From Camelus dromedarius (lineage: Eukaryota), in NCBI RefSeq assembly GCF_036321535.1, contig NC_087436.1, positions 2,294,001-2,358,000 on the forward strand: 64,000 bases of DNA, in the 5' to 3' direction. The notes below the pieces were generated by a model. It was given only the letters and a program-made list of their open reading frames with translations, searched no databases and had not been told where the DNA came from. Shown piece after piece: positions 27,137 to 39,600 of this stretch. Positions within the stretch are counted from its first letter, which is position 1. The number at the start of each line of letters is the position of its first letter. A program made the position numbers and the translations under genes.

Positions 27137-29617
27137 GAAACTTTGTGTTCCCAAGAGGCTAGGTGAAGGACGGGTTTCACACACACTTATCTCTCTGAAC
27201 TGACAATGTGTAGAGAGCTTCGTTCATCTAGCACAAAGGGAACGGGATGCAAGAGAAACTTTTCTCTGCTTTCTCAGTCTGTTTCCTAGTGCCGATTTGA
27301 AATTCCTGCAGTTTTCACTGTAAAACCGAGTTGGATCTAGTAACTCCCCATATAAATGTATGGAGTGGAGTTTGCAACTGAAAAGAAACTTTGTGTTACC
27401 AACAAGCTAGGGGAAGGACGGCTTTCACACACACTTATCTCTCAGAACTGAGCAAGTGGAGAGACGTTCGTTCATCTAGCACAAAGGGAACGGGTTGCAG
27501 GAGAAACTTTTTCTCTTGTTTCTCAGTCTGTTTCCTGTTGCCGGTTTAAAGTTCCTGCATTTTCACTGTAAAACCTAGTTGGAGCTAGTACCTCCCCATA
27601 TATATGTATGGAGTGGAGTTTGCAACTGAAAGGAACTTTGTGTTCCCAAGGAGCTAGGTGAAGGACGGCTTTAACACACACTTATCTCTCAGAACTGAGC
27701 ATGTGGAGAGATGTTCGTTCAACTAGCACAAAGGGAACGGGTTGCAGGTGAAACTTTTACTCTGGTTTCTCAGTCTGTTTCCTAGTTCCGGTTTGAAGTT
27801 CCTGCAGTTTTCACAGTAATACAGATTTGGAGTTTGTACCACCCCTTATATATGTATGGAGTGGAGTTTGTAAGTGAAAAGAAATTTTGTGTTCCCAACA
27901 ATCTAGGTGAAGGACGGCTTTCACACACACTTATCTCTCAGAACTTAGCATGTGGAGAGACGTTCGTTCATCTAGCAAAAAGGGAACGGGTTGCAGGTGA
28001 AACTTTACTCTGGTATCTCAGTCTGTTTCCTAGTGCCGGTTTCAAGTTCCTGCAGTTTTCACTGTAAAACCGAGTTGGAGCTAGTACCTCCCCACATATA
28101 TGTATGGAGTGGAATTTGCAACTGAAAAGAAACTTTGTGTTCCCAACAAGCTAGGTGAAGGACGGCTTTCAAACACAATTATCTCTCAGAACTGAGCAAG
28201 TGGAGAGACTTTCGTTCATCTAGTACAAATGGAACGGGATGCAGGTGAAACTTTTTCTCTGGTTTCTCAGTCTGTTTCCTGTTGCCGGTTTAAAGTTCCT
28301 GTAGTTTTCACTGTAAAACCGAGTTGGAGCTAGTACCTCCCCATATATATGTATGGAGTGGAGTTTGCAACTGAAAGAAACTTTGTGTTCCCAAGAGGCT
28401 AGGTGAAGGACGGGTTTCACACACACTTATCTCTCTGAACTGACAATGTGTAGAGAGCTTCGTTCATCTAGCACAAAGGGAACGGGTTGCAAGAGAAACT
28501 TTTCTCTGTTTTCTCAGTCTGTTTCCTAGTGCCGATTTGAAATTCCTGCAGTTTTCACTGTAAAACCGAGTTGGATCTAGTAACTCCCCATATAAATGTA
28601 TGGAGTGGAGTTTGCAACTGAAAAGAAACTTTGTGTTACCAACAAGCTAGGGGAAGGACGGCTTTCACACACACTTATCTCTCAGAACTGAGCAAGTGGA
28701 GAGACGTTCGTTCATCTAGCACAAAGGGAACGGGTTGCAGGAGAAACTTTTTCTCTTGTTTCTCAGTCTGTTTCCAGTTGCCGGTTTAAAGTTCCTGCAT
28801 TTTCACTGTAAAACCTAGTTGGAGCTAGTACCTCCCCATATATATGTATGGAGTGGAGTTTGCAACTGAAAGGAACTTTGTGTTCCCAAGGAGCTAGGTG
28901 AAGGACGGCTTTAACACACACTTATCTCTCAGAACTGAGCATGTGGAGAGATGTTCGTTCAACTAGCACAAAGGGAACGGGTTGCAGGTGAAACTTTTAC
29001 TCTGGTTTCTCAGTCTGTTTCCTAGTTCCGGTTTGAAGTTCCTGCAGTTTTCACAGTAATACAGATTTGGAGTTTGTACCACCCCTTATATATGTATGGA
29101 GTGGAGTTTGTAAGTGAAAAGAAATTTTGTGTTCCCAACAATCTAGGTGAAGGACGGCTTTCACACACACTTATCTCTCAGAACTTAGCATGTGGAGAGA
29201 CGTTCGTTCATCTAGCAAAAAGGGAACGGGTTGCAGGTGAAACTTTACTCTGGTATCTCAGTCTGTTTCCTAGTGCCGGTTTCAAGTTCCTGCAGTTTTC
29301 ACTGTAAAACCGAGTTGGAGCTAGTACCTCCCCACATATATTTATGGAGTGGAATTTGCAACTGAAAAGAAACTTTGTGTTCCCAACAAGCTAGGTGAAG
29401 GACAGCTTTCAAACACAATTATCTCTCAGAACTGAGCAAGTGGAGAGACTTTCGTTCATCTAGTACAAATGGAACGGGATGCAGGTGAAACTTTTTCTCT
29501 GGTTTCTCAGTCTGTTTCCTGTTGCCGGTTTAAAGTTCCTGTAGTTTTCACTGTAAAACCGAGTTGGAGCTAGTACCTCCCCATATATATGTATGGAGTG
29601 GAGTTTGCAACTGAAAG
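27137..29617 (+). repeat. Tandem duplication of a 5-monomer block (period 1240 bp)
   Basis: Identical translations at 27834/29074, and a chimeric junction monomer at ~28377. Confidence 0.92.
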
Positions 29618-32600
29618 GAACTTTGTGTTCCCAAGGAGCTAAGTGAAGGACGGCATTAACACACACTTATCTCTCAGAACTGAGCATGTGGAGAGATGTT
29701 CGTTCAACTAGCACAAAGGGAACGGGTTGCAGGGGAAATTTTACTCTGGTTTCTCAGTCTGTTTCCTGTTGCCGGTTTGAATTTCCTGCATTTTTCACTG
29801 TAAAACCGAGGTGGAGCTAGTACCTCCCCATATATATGTATGGAGTGGAGTTTCAACTGAAAAGAAACTTTGTTTTTCCAAAAAGCTAGTTGAAGGACTG
29901 CTTTCACTCACAATTATCTCTCAGATCTCAGCATGTGGAGAGACGTTCGTTCATCTAGCACAAAGGGAAAGGGTTGCAGGAGAAACTTTACTCATTTATC
30001 TCAGTCAGTATCCTAGTGCCGTTTTGAATTTCCTGGAGTTTTCACTGTAAAACCGAGTTGGAGCTAGTACCTCCCTATATATATGTATGGAGTGGAGTTT
30101 GCAACTGAAAAAAAACTTTGTGTTCCCAACAATAAAGGTGAAGTACGGCATTCACACACAATTATCTCTCAGAACTGAGCATGTGGATAGACGTTCGTTC
30201 ATCTAGCACAATGGGAACGGGTTGCAGGAGAAACTTTTACTCTGGTTTCTTAGTCTGTTTCCTAGTTTCGGTTTGAAGTTCCTGCAGTTTTCACTGTAAA
30301 CCGGAGATTTAGCTAGGAGCTCCCCATATATATGTATGGAGTGGAGTTTGCAAGTGAATAGAAACTTTGTGTTCCCAAGAAGCTATGTGAAGGACGGCTT
30401 TCACACACACTTATCTCTCAGAACTGAGCATGTGGAGAGACTTTCGTTCATCTAGCACAAATGGAACGGGTTGCAGGAGAAAATTTTACTCTGGTTTCTC
30501 AGTCTGTTTCCTAGTGCCGGTATTAATTTCCTGCAATTTTCTCTGTAAAACAGAGTTGGGGCTAGTACCTCCCCATATATATGTATGGAGTGGAGTTTGC
30601 AACTGAAAAGAAACTTTGTGTTCCCAACAAGCTAGGTGAAGGACGGCTTTCACACACACTTATTTCTGAGAACTGAGCATGTGGAGAGACGTTCGTTCAT
30701 CTAACACAAATGGAACGGGTTGCAGGAGAAACTTTTACTCTGGTTTCTCAGTCTGTTTCCTAGTGCCGGTTTGAAGTTCCTGCAGTTTTCATTGTAAATC
30801 CGAGTTGGAGCTATTACCTCCCTATATATATGTATGGAGTGGAGTTTGAAACTGAAAAGAAACTTTGTGTTCCCAACAAGCTAAGTGAAGGACGGCTTTC
30901 ACACACACTTATCTCTCAGAACTGAGCATGTGGAGATACGTTCGTTCATCTAGCACAAAGGGAACGGGTTGCAGGGGAAACTTTTACTCTGGTTTCTCAG
31001 TCTGTTTCCTGTTGCCGGTTTGAAGTTCCTGCAGTTTTCACTTTAAAACCGAGTTGGAGCTAGTACCTCCCCATATATATGTATGGAGTGGAGTGTCAAC
31101 TGAAAAGAAACTTTGTGTTCCCAAAAAGCTAGGTGAAGAACGGCTTTCACACACACTTATCTCTCAGAACTGAGCATGAGGTGAGACGTTCGTTCAGCTA
31201 TCACAAAGGGAACGGGTTACAGGAGAAAATCTTACTCTAGTTTCTCAGTCGTTTTCCTAGTGCCGGATTGATGTTCCTGCAGTTTTCACAGTAAAACAGG
31301 GTTGGGGCTAGTACCTCCCCATATATATGTATGGATTGGATTTTGCAACTGAAAAGAAACTTTGTGTTCCCAACAAGTTATGTGAAGGACGGCTTTCACA
31401 CACACTTATCTCTCAGAACTCAGCATGTGGAAAGACGTTCGTTCATCTAGCACAAAGGGAAAGGGTTGTAGGAGAAACTTTACTCATTTATCTCAGTCAG
31501 TTTCCTAGTGCCGTTTTGAAGTTCCTGCAGTTTTCACTGTAAAATCGAGTTGGAGCTAGTACCTCCCCATATATATGTATGGAGGGTAGTTTGCAACTGA
31601 AAAGAAACTTTGTGTTCCCAACAAGCTAGGTGAAGGAAGACTTTCACACACACTTATATCTCAGAAATGAGCATGTGGAGAGACGTTCGTTCATCTATCA
31701 CAAAGGGAACGGGTTGCAGAAGAAAATTTGACTCTGGTCTCTCAGTTTGTTTCCTAGTGCCGGTTTGAAGTTCCTGCAGTTTTCACTGTAAATCCGAGTT
31801 GGAGCTATTACCTCCCTATATATATGTATGGAGTGGAGTTTGCAACTGAAAAGAAACTTTGTGTTCCCAACAAGCTAGGTGAAGGACGGCTTTCACACAC
31901 ACTTATCTCTCAGAACTGAGCATGTGGAGAGAAGTTCGTTCATCTATCACAAAGGGAACGGGTTGCAGGAGAAACTTTTACTCTGGTTTCTCAGTCTGTT
32001 TCCTGTTGCCGGTTTGAAGTTCGTGCAGTTTTCACTGTAAAACCGAGTTGGAGCTAGTACCTCCCCATATATATGTATGGAGAGGAATTTGCAACTGAAA
32101 GGAACTTTGTGTTCCCAAGGAGCTAGGTGAAGGACGGCTTTAACACACACATATCTCTCAGAACTGAGCATGTGGAGAGATATTCGTTCAACTAGCACAA
32201 AGGGAACGGGTTGCAGGAGAAACTTTTACTCTGGTTTCTCAGTCTGTTTCCTAGTGCAGGTTTGAAGTTCCTGCAGTTTTCACTGTAAAACCGAGTTGGA
32301 GCTTGTACCACCCCTTATATATGTATGGAGTGGAGTTTGTAAGTGAAAAGAAATTTTGTGTTCCCAACAATCTAGGTGAAGGACGTCTTTCACACACACT
32401 TATCTCTCAGAACTTAGCATGTGGAGAGACGTTCGTTCATCTAGCAAAAAGGGAACGGGTTGCAGGTGAAACTTTACTCTGGTATCTCAGTCTGTTTCCT
32501 AGTGCCGGTTTCAATTTCCTGCAGTTTTCACTGTAAAACCGAGTTGGAGCTAGTACCTCCCCATATATATGTATGGAGTGGAGTTTGCAACTGAAAAGAA

Positions 32601-35600
32601 ACTTTGAGTTCCCAACAAGCTAGGTGAAGGACGGCTTTCACATACAATTAACTCTCAGAACTGAGCAAGTGGAGAGACGTTCGTTCATCTAGTACAAATG
32701 GAACGGGATGCAGGTGAAACTTTTTCTCTGGTTTCTCAGTCTGTTTCCTGTTGCCGGTTTAAAGTTCCTGCAGTTTTCACTGTAAAACCGAGTTGGAGCT
32801 TGTACCTCCCATATATATGTATGGAGTGGAGTTTGCAACTGAAAGGAACTTTGTGTTCCCAAGAAGCTAGGTGAAGGACGGCTTTCACACACACTTATCT
32901 CTCAGAACTGAGCATGTGGAGAGACGTTCGTACATCTAGCACAAAGGGAACGGGTTGCAGGAGAAACTTTTACTCTGGTTTCTCAGTCTGTTTCCTAGTG
33001 CCGGTTTGAAGTTCCTGCAGTTTTCACTGTAAAACCGAGTTGGAGCTTGTACCTCCCCATATACATGTATGGAGTGGAATTTGCAAGTGAAAAGAAACTT
33101 TGTGTTCCCAACAAGCTAGGTGAAGGACGGCTTTCAAACACACCTATCTCTCAGAACTGAGCATGTATAGAGACGTTCGTTCATCTAACACAAAAGGAAC
33201 GGGTTGCAGGAGAAAATTTACTCTGGTTTCTCAGTCATTTCCTAGTGTCAGGTTTTAAGTTCCTGCAGTTTTCACTGTAAAATCGAGTTGGAGCTAGTAC
33301 CTCCCCATATATATGTATGGAGTTTAGTTTGAAATTGAAAAGAAACTTTGTGTTCACAACAAGCTAGGTGAAGGACGGCTTTCACACACACTTATCTCTC
33401 AGATCTGAGCATGTGGAGAGACTTTCGTTCATCTACCACAAAGGGAACGGGTTGCAGGAGAAACTTTTTCTCTGGTTTCACAGTCTGTTTCCTGTTGCCG
33501 GTTTGAAGATCCTGCAGTTTTCACTGTACAACCGAGTTGGTGCTAGTACCTCCCCATATATATGTATGGAGTGGAGTTTCAACTGAAAAGAAACTTTGTG
33601 TTCCCAAGAGGCTAGGTGAAGGACGGGTTTCACACACACTTATCTCTCTGAACTGACAATGTGTAGAGAGCTTCGTTCATCTAGCACAAAGGGAACGGGT
33701 TGCAAGAGAAACTTTTCTCTGTTTTCTCAGTCTGTTTCCTAGTGCCGATTTGAAATTCCTGCAGTTTTCACTGTAAAACCGAGTTGGATCTAGTAACTCC
33801 CCATATAAATGTATGGAGTGGAGTTTGCAACTGAAAAGAAACTTTGTGTTACCAACAAGCTAGGGGAAGGACGGCTTTCACACACACTTATCTCTCAGAA
33901 CTGAGCAAGTGGAGAGACGTTCGTTCATCTAGCACAAAGGGAACGGGTTGCAGGAGAAACTTTTTCTCTTGTTTCTCAGTCTGTTTCCTGTTGCCGGTTT
34001 AAAGTTCCTGCATTTTCACTGTAAAACCTAGTTGGAGCTAGTACCTCCCCATATATATGTATGGAGTGGAGTTTGCAACTGAAAGGAACTTTGTGTTCCC
34101 AAGGAGCTAGGTGAAGGACGGCTTTAACACACACTTATCTCTCAGAACTGAGCATGTGGAGAGATGTTCGTTCAACTAGCACAAAGGGAACGGGTTGCAG
34201 GTGAAACTTTTACTCTGGTTTCTCAGTCTGTTTCCTAGTTCCGGTTTGAAGTTCCTGCAGTTTTCACAGTAATACAGATTTGGAGTTTGTACCACCCCTT
34301 ATATATGTATGGAGTGGAGTTTGTAAGTGAAAAGAAATTTTGTGTTCCCAACAATCTAGGTGAAGGACGGCTTTCACACACACTTATCTCTCAGAACTTA
34401 GCATGTGGAGAGACGTTCGTTCATCTAGCAAAAAGGGAACGGGTTGCAGGTGAAACTTTACTCTGGTATCTCAGTCTGTTTCCTAGTGCCGGTTTCAAGT
34501 TCCTGCAGTTTTCACTGTAAAACCGAGTTGGAGCTAGTACCTCCCCACATATATGTATGGAGTGGAATTTGCAACTGAAAAGAAACTTTGTGTTCCCAAC
34601 AAGCTAGGTGAAGGACGGCTTTCAAACACAATTATCTCTCAGAACTGAGCAAGTGGAGAGACTTTCGTTCATCTAGTACAAATGGAACGGGATGCAGGTG
34701 AAACTTTTTCTCTGGTTTCTCAGTCTGTTTCCTGTTGCCGGTTTAAAGTTCCTGTAGTTTTCACTGTAAAACCGAGTTGGAGCTAGTACCTCCCCATATA
34801 TATGTATGGAGTGGAGTTTGCAACTGAAAGGAACTTTGTGTTCCCAAGGAGCTAAGTGAAGGACGGCATTAACACACACTTATCTCTCAGAACTGAGCAT
34901 GTGGAGAGATGTTCGTTCAACTAGCACAAAGGGAACGGGTTGCAGGGGAAATTTTACTCTGGTTTCTCAGTCTGTTTCCTGTTGCTGGTTTGAATTTCCT
35001 GCATTTTTCACTGTAAAACCGAGTTGGAGCTAGTACCTCCCCATATATATGTATGGAGTGGAGTTTCAACTGAAAAGAAACTTTGTTTTTCCAAAAAGCT
35101 AGTTGAAGGACTGCTTTCACTCACAATTATCTCTCAGATCTCAGCATGTGGAGAGACGTTCGTTCATCTAGCACAAAGGGAAAGGGTTGCAGGAGAAACT
35201 TTACTCATTTATCTCAGTCAGTATCCTAGTGCCGTTTTGAATTTCCTGGAGTTTTCACTGTAAAACCGAGTTGGAGCTAGTACCTCCCTATATATATGTA
35301 TGGAGTGGAGTTTGCAACTGTAAAAAAACTTTGTGTTCCCAACAATAAAGGTGAAGTACGGCATTCACACACAATTATCTCTCAGAACTGAGCATGTGGA
35401 TAGACGTTCGTTCATCTAGCACAATGGGAACGGGTTGCAGGAGAAACTTTTACTCTGGTTTCTTAGTCTGTTTCCTAGTTTCGGTTTGAAGTTCCTGCAG
35501 TTTTCACTGTAAACCGGAGATTTAGCTAGGAGCTCCCCATATATATGTATGGAGTGGAGTTTGCAAGTGAATAGAAACTTTGTGTTCCCAAGAAGCTATG

Positions 35601-36660
35601 TGAAGGACGGCTTTCACACACACTTATCTCTCAGAACTGAGCATGTGGAGAGACTTTCGTTCATCTAGCACAAATGGAACGGGTTGCAGGAGAAAATTTT
35701 ACTCTGGTTTCTCAGTCTGTTTCCTAGTGCCGGTATTAATTTCCTGCAATTTTCACTGTAAAACAGAGTTGGGGCTAGTACCTCCCCATATATATGTATG
35801 GAGTGGAGTTTGCAACTGAAAAGAAACTTTGTGTTCCCAACAAGCTAGGTGAAGGACGGCTTTCACACACACTTATTTCTGAGAACTGAGCATGTGGAGA
35901 GACGTTCGTTCATCTAACACAAAGGGAACGGGTTGCAGGAGAAACTTTTACTCTGGTTTCTCAGTCTGTTTCCTAGTGCCGGTTTGAAGTTCCTGCAGTT
36001 TTCACTGTAAAACAGAGTTGGAGCTAGTACCAACCCATATATATGTATGGAGTGGATTTTGCAACTGAAAAGAAACTTTGTGTTCCCAACAAGCTAGGTG
36101 AATGACGGCTTTCACACACACTTATCTCTCAGAAATGAGCATGTGGAGAGACATTCGTTCATCTAGCACAAAGGGAACGGGATGCTGTAGAAAATTTGAC
36201 TCTGGTTCCTCAGTCTGTTTCCTAGTGCCGGTTTGAAGTTCCTGCAGTTTTCACTGTAAAACCGAGTTGGAGCTAGTACCTCCCTATATATATGTATGGA
36301 GTGGATTTTGCAACTGAAAAGAAACTTTGTGTTACAAACAAGCTAGGTGTAGGATGGATTTCACCACACATTTCTCTCAGAACTGAGCATGTGGAGAGAT
36401 TTTCGTTTATCTATCACAAAGGGAACGGGTTGCAGGAGAAATTTTACTCTGGTTTCTCAGTCTGTTTCCTAGTGCCGGTGTGAAGTTCCTGCAGTTTTCA
36501 CTGTAAAACCGAGTTGGAGCTAGGAGCTCCCCATATATATGTATGGAGTGGAGTTTGCAACTGAAAAGAAACTTTGTGTTCCCAAGAAGTTAGGTGAAGG
36601 ACGGCTTTCACACACAATTATCTCTCAGAACTGAGCATGTGGAGAGACGTTCGTTCATCT

Positions 36661-39600
36661 AGCACAAATGGGACGGATGCAGGAGAAAATTTTACTCTGG
36701 TTTCTCAGTCTGTTTCCTAGTGCCGGTTTGAAGTTCCTGCAATTTTCACTGTAAAACAGATTTGGGGCTAGTACCTCCCCATATATATGTATGGAGTGGA
36801 GTTTGCAACTGAAAAGAAACTTTGTGTTCCCAACAAGCTATGTGAAGGACGGCTTTCACACACACTTATCTCTCAGAACTGAGCATGTATAGAGACGTTC
36901 GTTCATCTAACACAAAAGGAACGGGTTGCAGGAGAAACTTTACTCTGGTTTCTCAGTCATTTCCTAGTGTCAGGTTTTAAGTTCCTGCAGTTTTCACTGT
37001 AAAATCGAGTTGGAGCTAGTACCTCCCCATATATATGTATGGAGTTTAGTTTGAAATTGAAAAGAAACTTTGTGTTCACAACAAGCTAGGTGAAGGACGG
37101 CTTTCACACACACTTATCTCTCAGATCTGAGCATGTGGAGAGACTTTCGTTCATCTACCACAAAGGGAACGGGTTGCAGGAGAAACTTTTTCTCTGGTTT
37201 CACAGTCTGTTTCCTGTTGCCGGTTTGAAGTTCCTGCAGTTTTCACTGTACAACCGAGTTGGTGCTAGTACCTCCCCATATATATGTATGGAGTGGAGTT
37301 TCAATTGAAAAGAAACTTTGTTTTCCCAAGAGGCTAGGTGAAGGACGGGTCTCACACACACTTATCTCTCTGAACTGACAATGGGTAGAGAGCTTCGTTC
37401 ATCTAGCACAAAGGGAACGGGTTGCAGGAGAAACTTATCTCTGTTTTCTCAGTCTGTTTCCTTGTGCCGGTTTGAAATTCCTGCAGTTTTCACTGTAAAA
37501 CCGAGTTGGATCTAGTAACTCCCCATATAAATGTATGGATTGGATTTTGCAACTGAAAAGAAACTTTGTGTTACCAACAAGCTAGGGGAAGGACGGCTTT
37601 CACACACACTTATCTCTCAGAACTGAGCAAGTGGAGAGACGTTCGTTCATCTAGCACAAAGGGAACTGGTTGCAGGAGAAACTTTTTCTCTTGTTTCTCA
37701 GTCTGTTTCCTGTTGCCGGTTTAAAGTTCCTGCATTTTCACTGTAAAACCGAGTTGGAACTAGTACCTCCCCATATATATGTATGGAGTGGAGTTTGCAA
37801 CTGAAAGCAACTTTGTGTTCCCAAGGAGCTAGGTGAAGGACGGCTTTAACACACACTTATCTCTCAGAACTGAGCATGTGGATAGATGTTCGTTCAACTA
37901 GCACAATGGGAACGGGTTGCAGGTGAAACTTTTACTCTGGTTTCTCAGTCTGTTTCCTAGTTCCGGTTTGAAGTTCCTGCAGTTTTCACAGTAATACATA
38001 TTTGGAGTTTGTACCACCCCTTATATATGTATGGAGTGGAGTTTGTAAGTGAAAAGAAATTTTGTGTTCCCAACAATCTAGGTGAAGGACGGCTTTCACA
38101 CACACTTATCTCTCAGAACTTAGCATGTGGAGAGACGTTCGTTCATCTAGTACAAATGGAACGGGATGCAGGTGAAACTTTTTCTCTGGTTTCTCAGTCT
38201 GTTTCCTGTTGCCGGTTTAAAGTTCCTGTAGTTTTCACTGTAAAACCGAGTTGGAGCTAGTACCTCCCCATATATATGTATGGAGTGGAGTTTGCAACTG
38301 AAAGGAACTTTGTGTTCCCAAGGAGCTAAGTGAAGGACGGCATTAACACACACTTATCTCTCAGAACTGAGCATGTGGAGAGATGTTCGTTCAACTAGCA
38401 CAAAGGGAACGGGTTGCAGGATAAACTTTTACTCTGGTTTCTCAGTCTGTTTCCTAGTTCCGGTTTGAAGTTCCTGCAGTTTTCACTGTAAAACCGAGTT
38501 GGAGCTTGTACCACCCCTTATATATGAATGGAGTGGAGTTTGTAAGTGAAAAGAAACTTTGGGTTCCCAACAATCTAGGTGAAGGACGGCTTTCACACAC
38601 ACTTATCTCTCAGAACTTAGCATGTGGAGAGACGTTCGTTCATATAGCAAAAAGGGAACGGGATGCAGGTGAAACTTTTTCTCTGGTTTCTCAGTCTGTT
38701 TCCTGTTGCCGGTTTAAAGTTCCTGCAGTTTTCACTGTAAAACCGATTTGGAGCTTGTACCTCCCCATATATATGTATGGATTGGAGTTTGCAAGTGAAA
38801 AGAAACTTTGTGTTCCCAACAAGCTAGGTGAAGGGCGGCTTTCAAACACACTTATCTCTCAGAACTGAGCATGTATAGAGACATTCGCTCATCTAACACA
38901 AAGGGAACGGGTTGCAGGGAAACTTTACTCTGGTTTCTCAGTCTGTTTCCTAGTGACGTTTTGAAGTTCCTGCAGTTTTCACTGTAAAACCGAGTTGGAG
39001 CTAGTACCTCCCCATATATATGTATGGAGTTTAGTTTGAAATTGAAAACAAACTTTGTGTTCACAACAAGCTAGGTGAAGGACGGCTTTCACACACACAT
39101 ATCTCTCAGAACTGAGCATGTGGAGAGACTTTCGTTCATCTACCACAAAGGGAACGGGTTGCAGGAGAAACTTTTTCTCTGGTTTCTCAGTCTGTTTCCT
39201 GTTTCCGGTTTGAAGTTCCTGCAGATTTCACTGTACAACCGAGTTGGTGCTAGTACCTCCCCATATATATGTATTGAGTGGAGTTACAACTGAAAATAAA
39301 CTTTGTGTTCCCAAGAGGCTAGGTGAAGGACGGCTTTCACACACAATTTTCTCTCTGAACTGACAATGTGTAGAGAGCTTCGTTCATCTAGCACAAAGGG
39401 AACGGGTTGCAGGAGAAAGTTTTCTCTGTTTTCTCAGTCTGTTTCCTAGTGCCGGTTTGAAATTCCTGCAGTTTTCACTGTAAAACCGAGTTGGATCTAG
39501 TACCTCCCCATATATATGTATGGAGTGTAGTTTGCAACTGAAAAGAAACTTTGTGTTACCAACAAGCTAGGGGAAGGACGGCTTTCACACACATTATCTC

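Larger units (their letters stand above)
12677..36660 (+). repeat. Central higher-order repeat domain, ~4 units derived from a 24-monomer (~5.96 kb) master
   Basis: The unit-start monomer (TAAATCCGAG...GAGAAGTTCG...GTTCGTGCAG) occurs at 12926, 19629, 25337 and 31789. Identical ORF translations occur at 13440/20143/25850/32303, and near-identical ones at 13084/19787/25494/31947. Confidence 0.92.
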
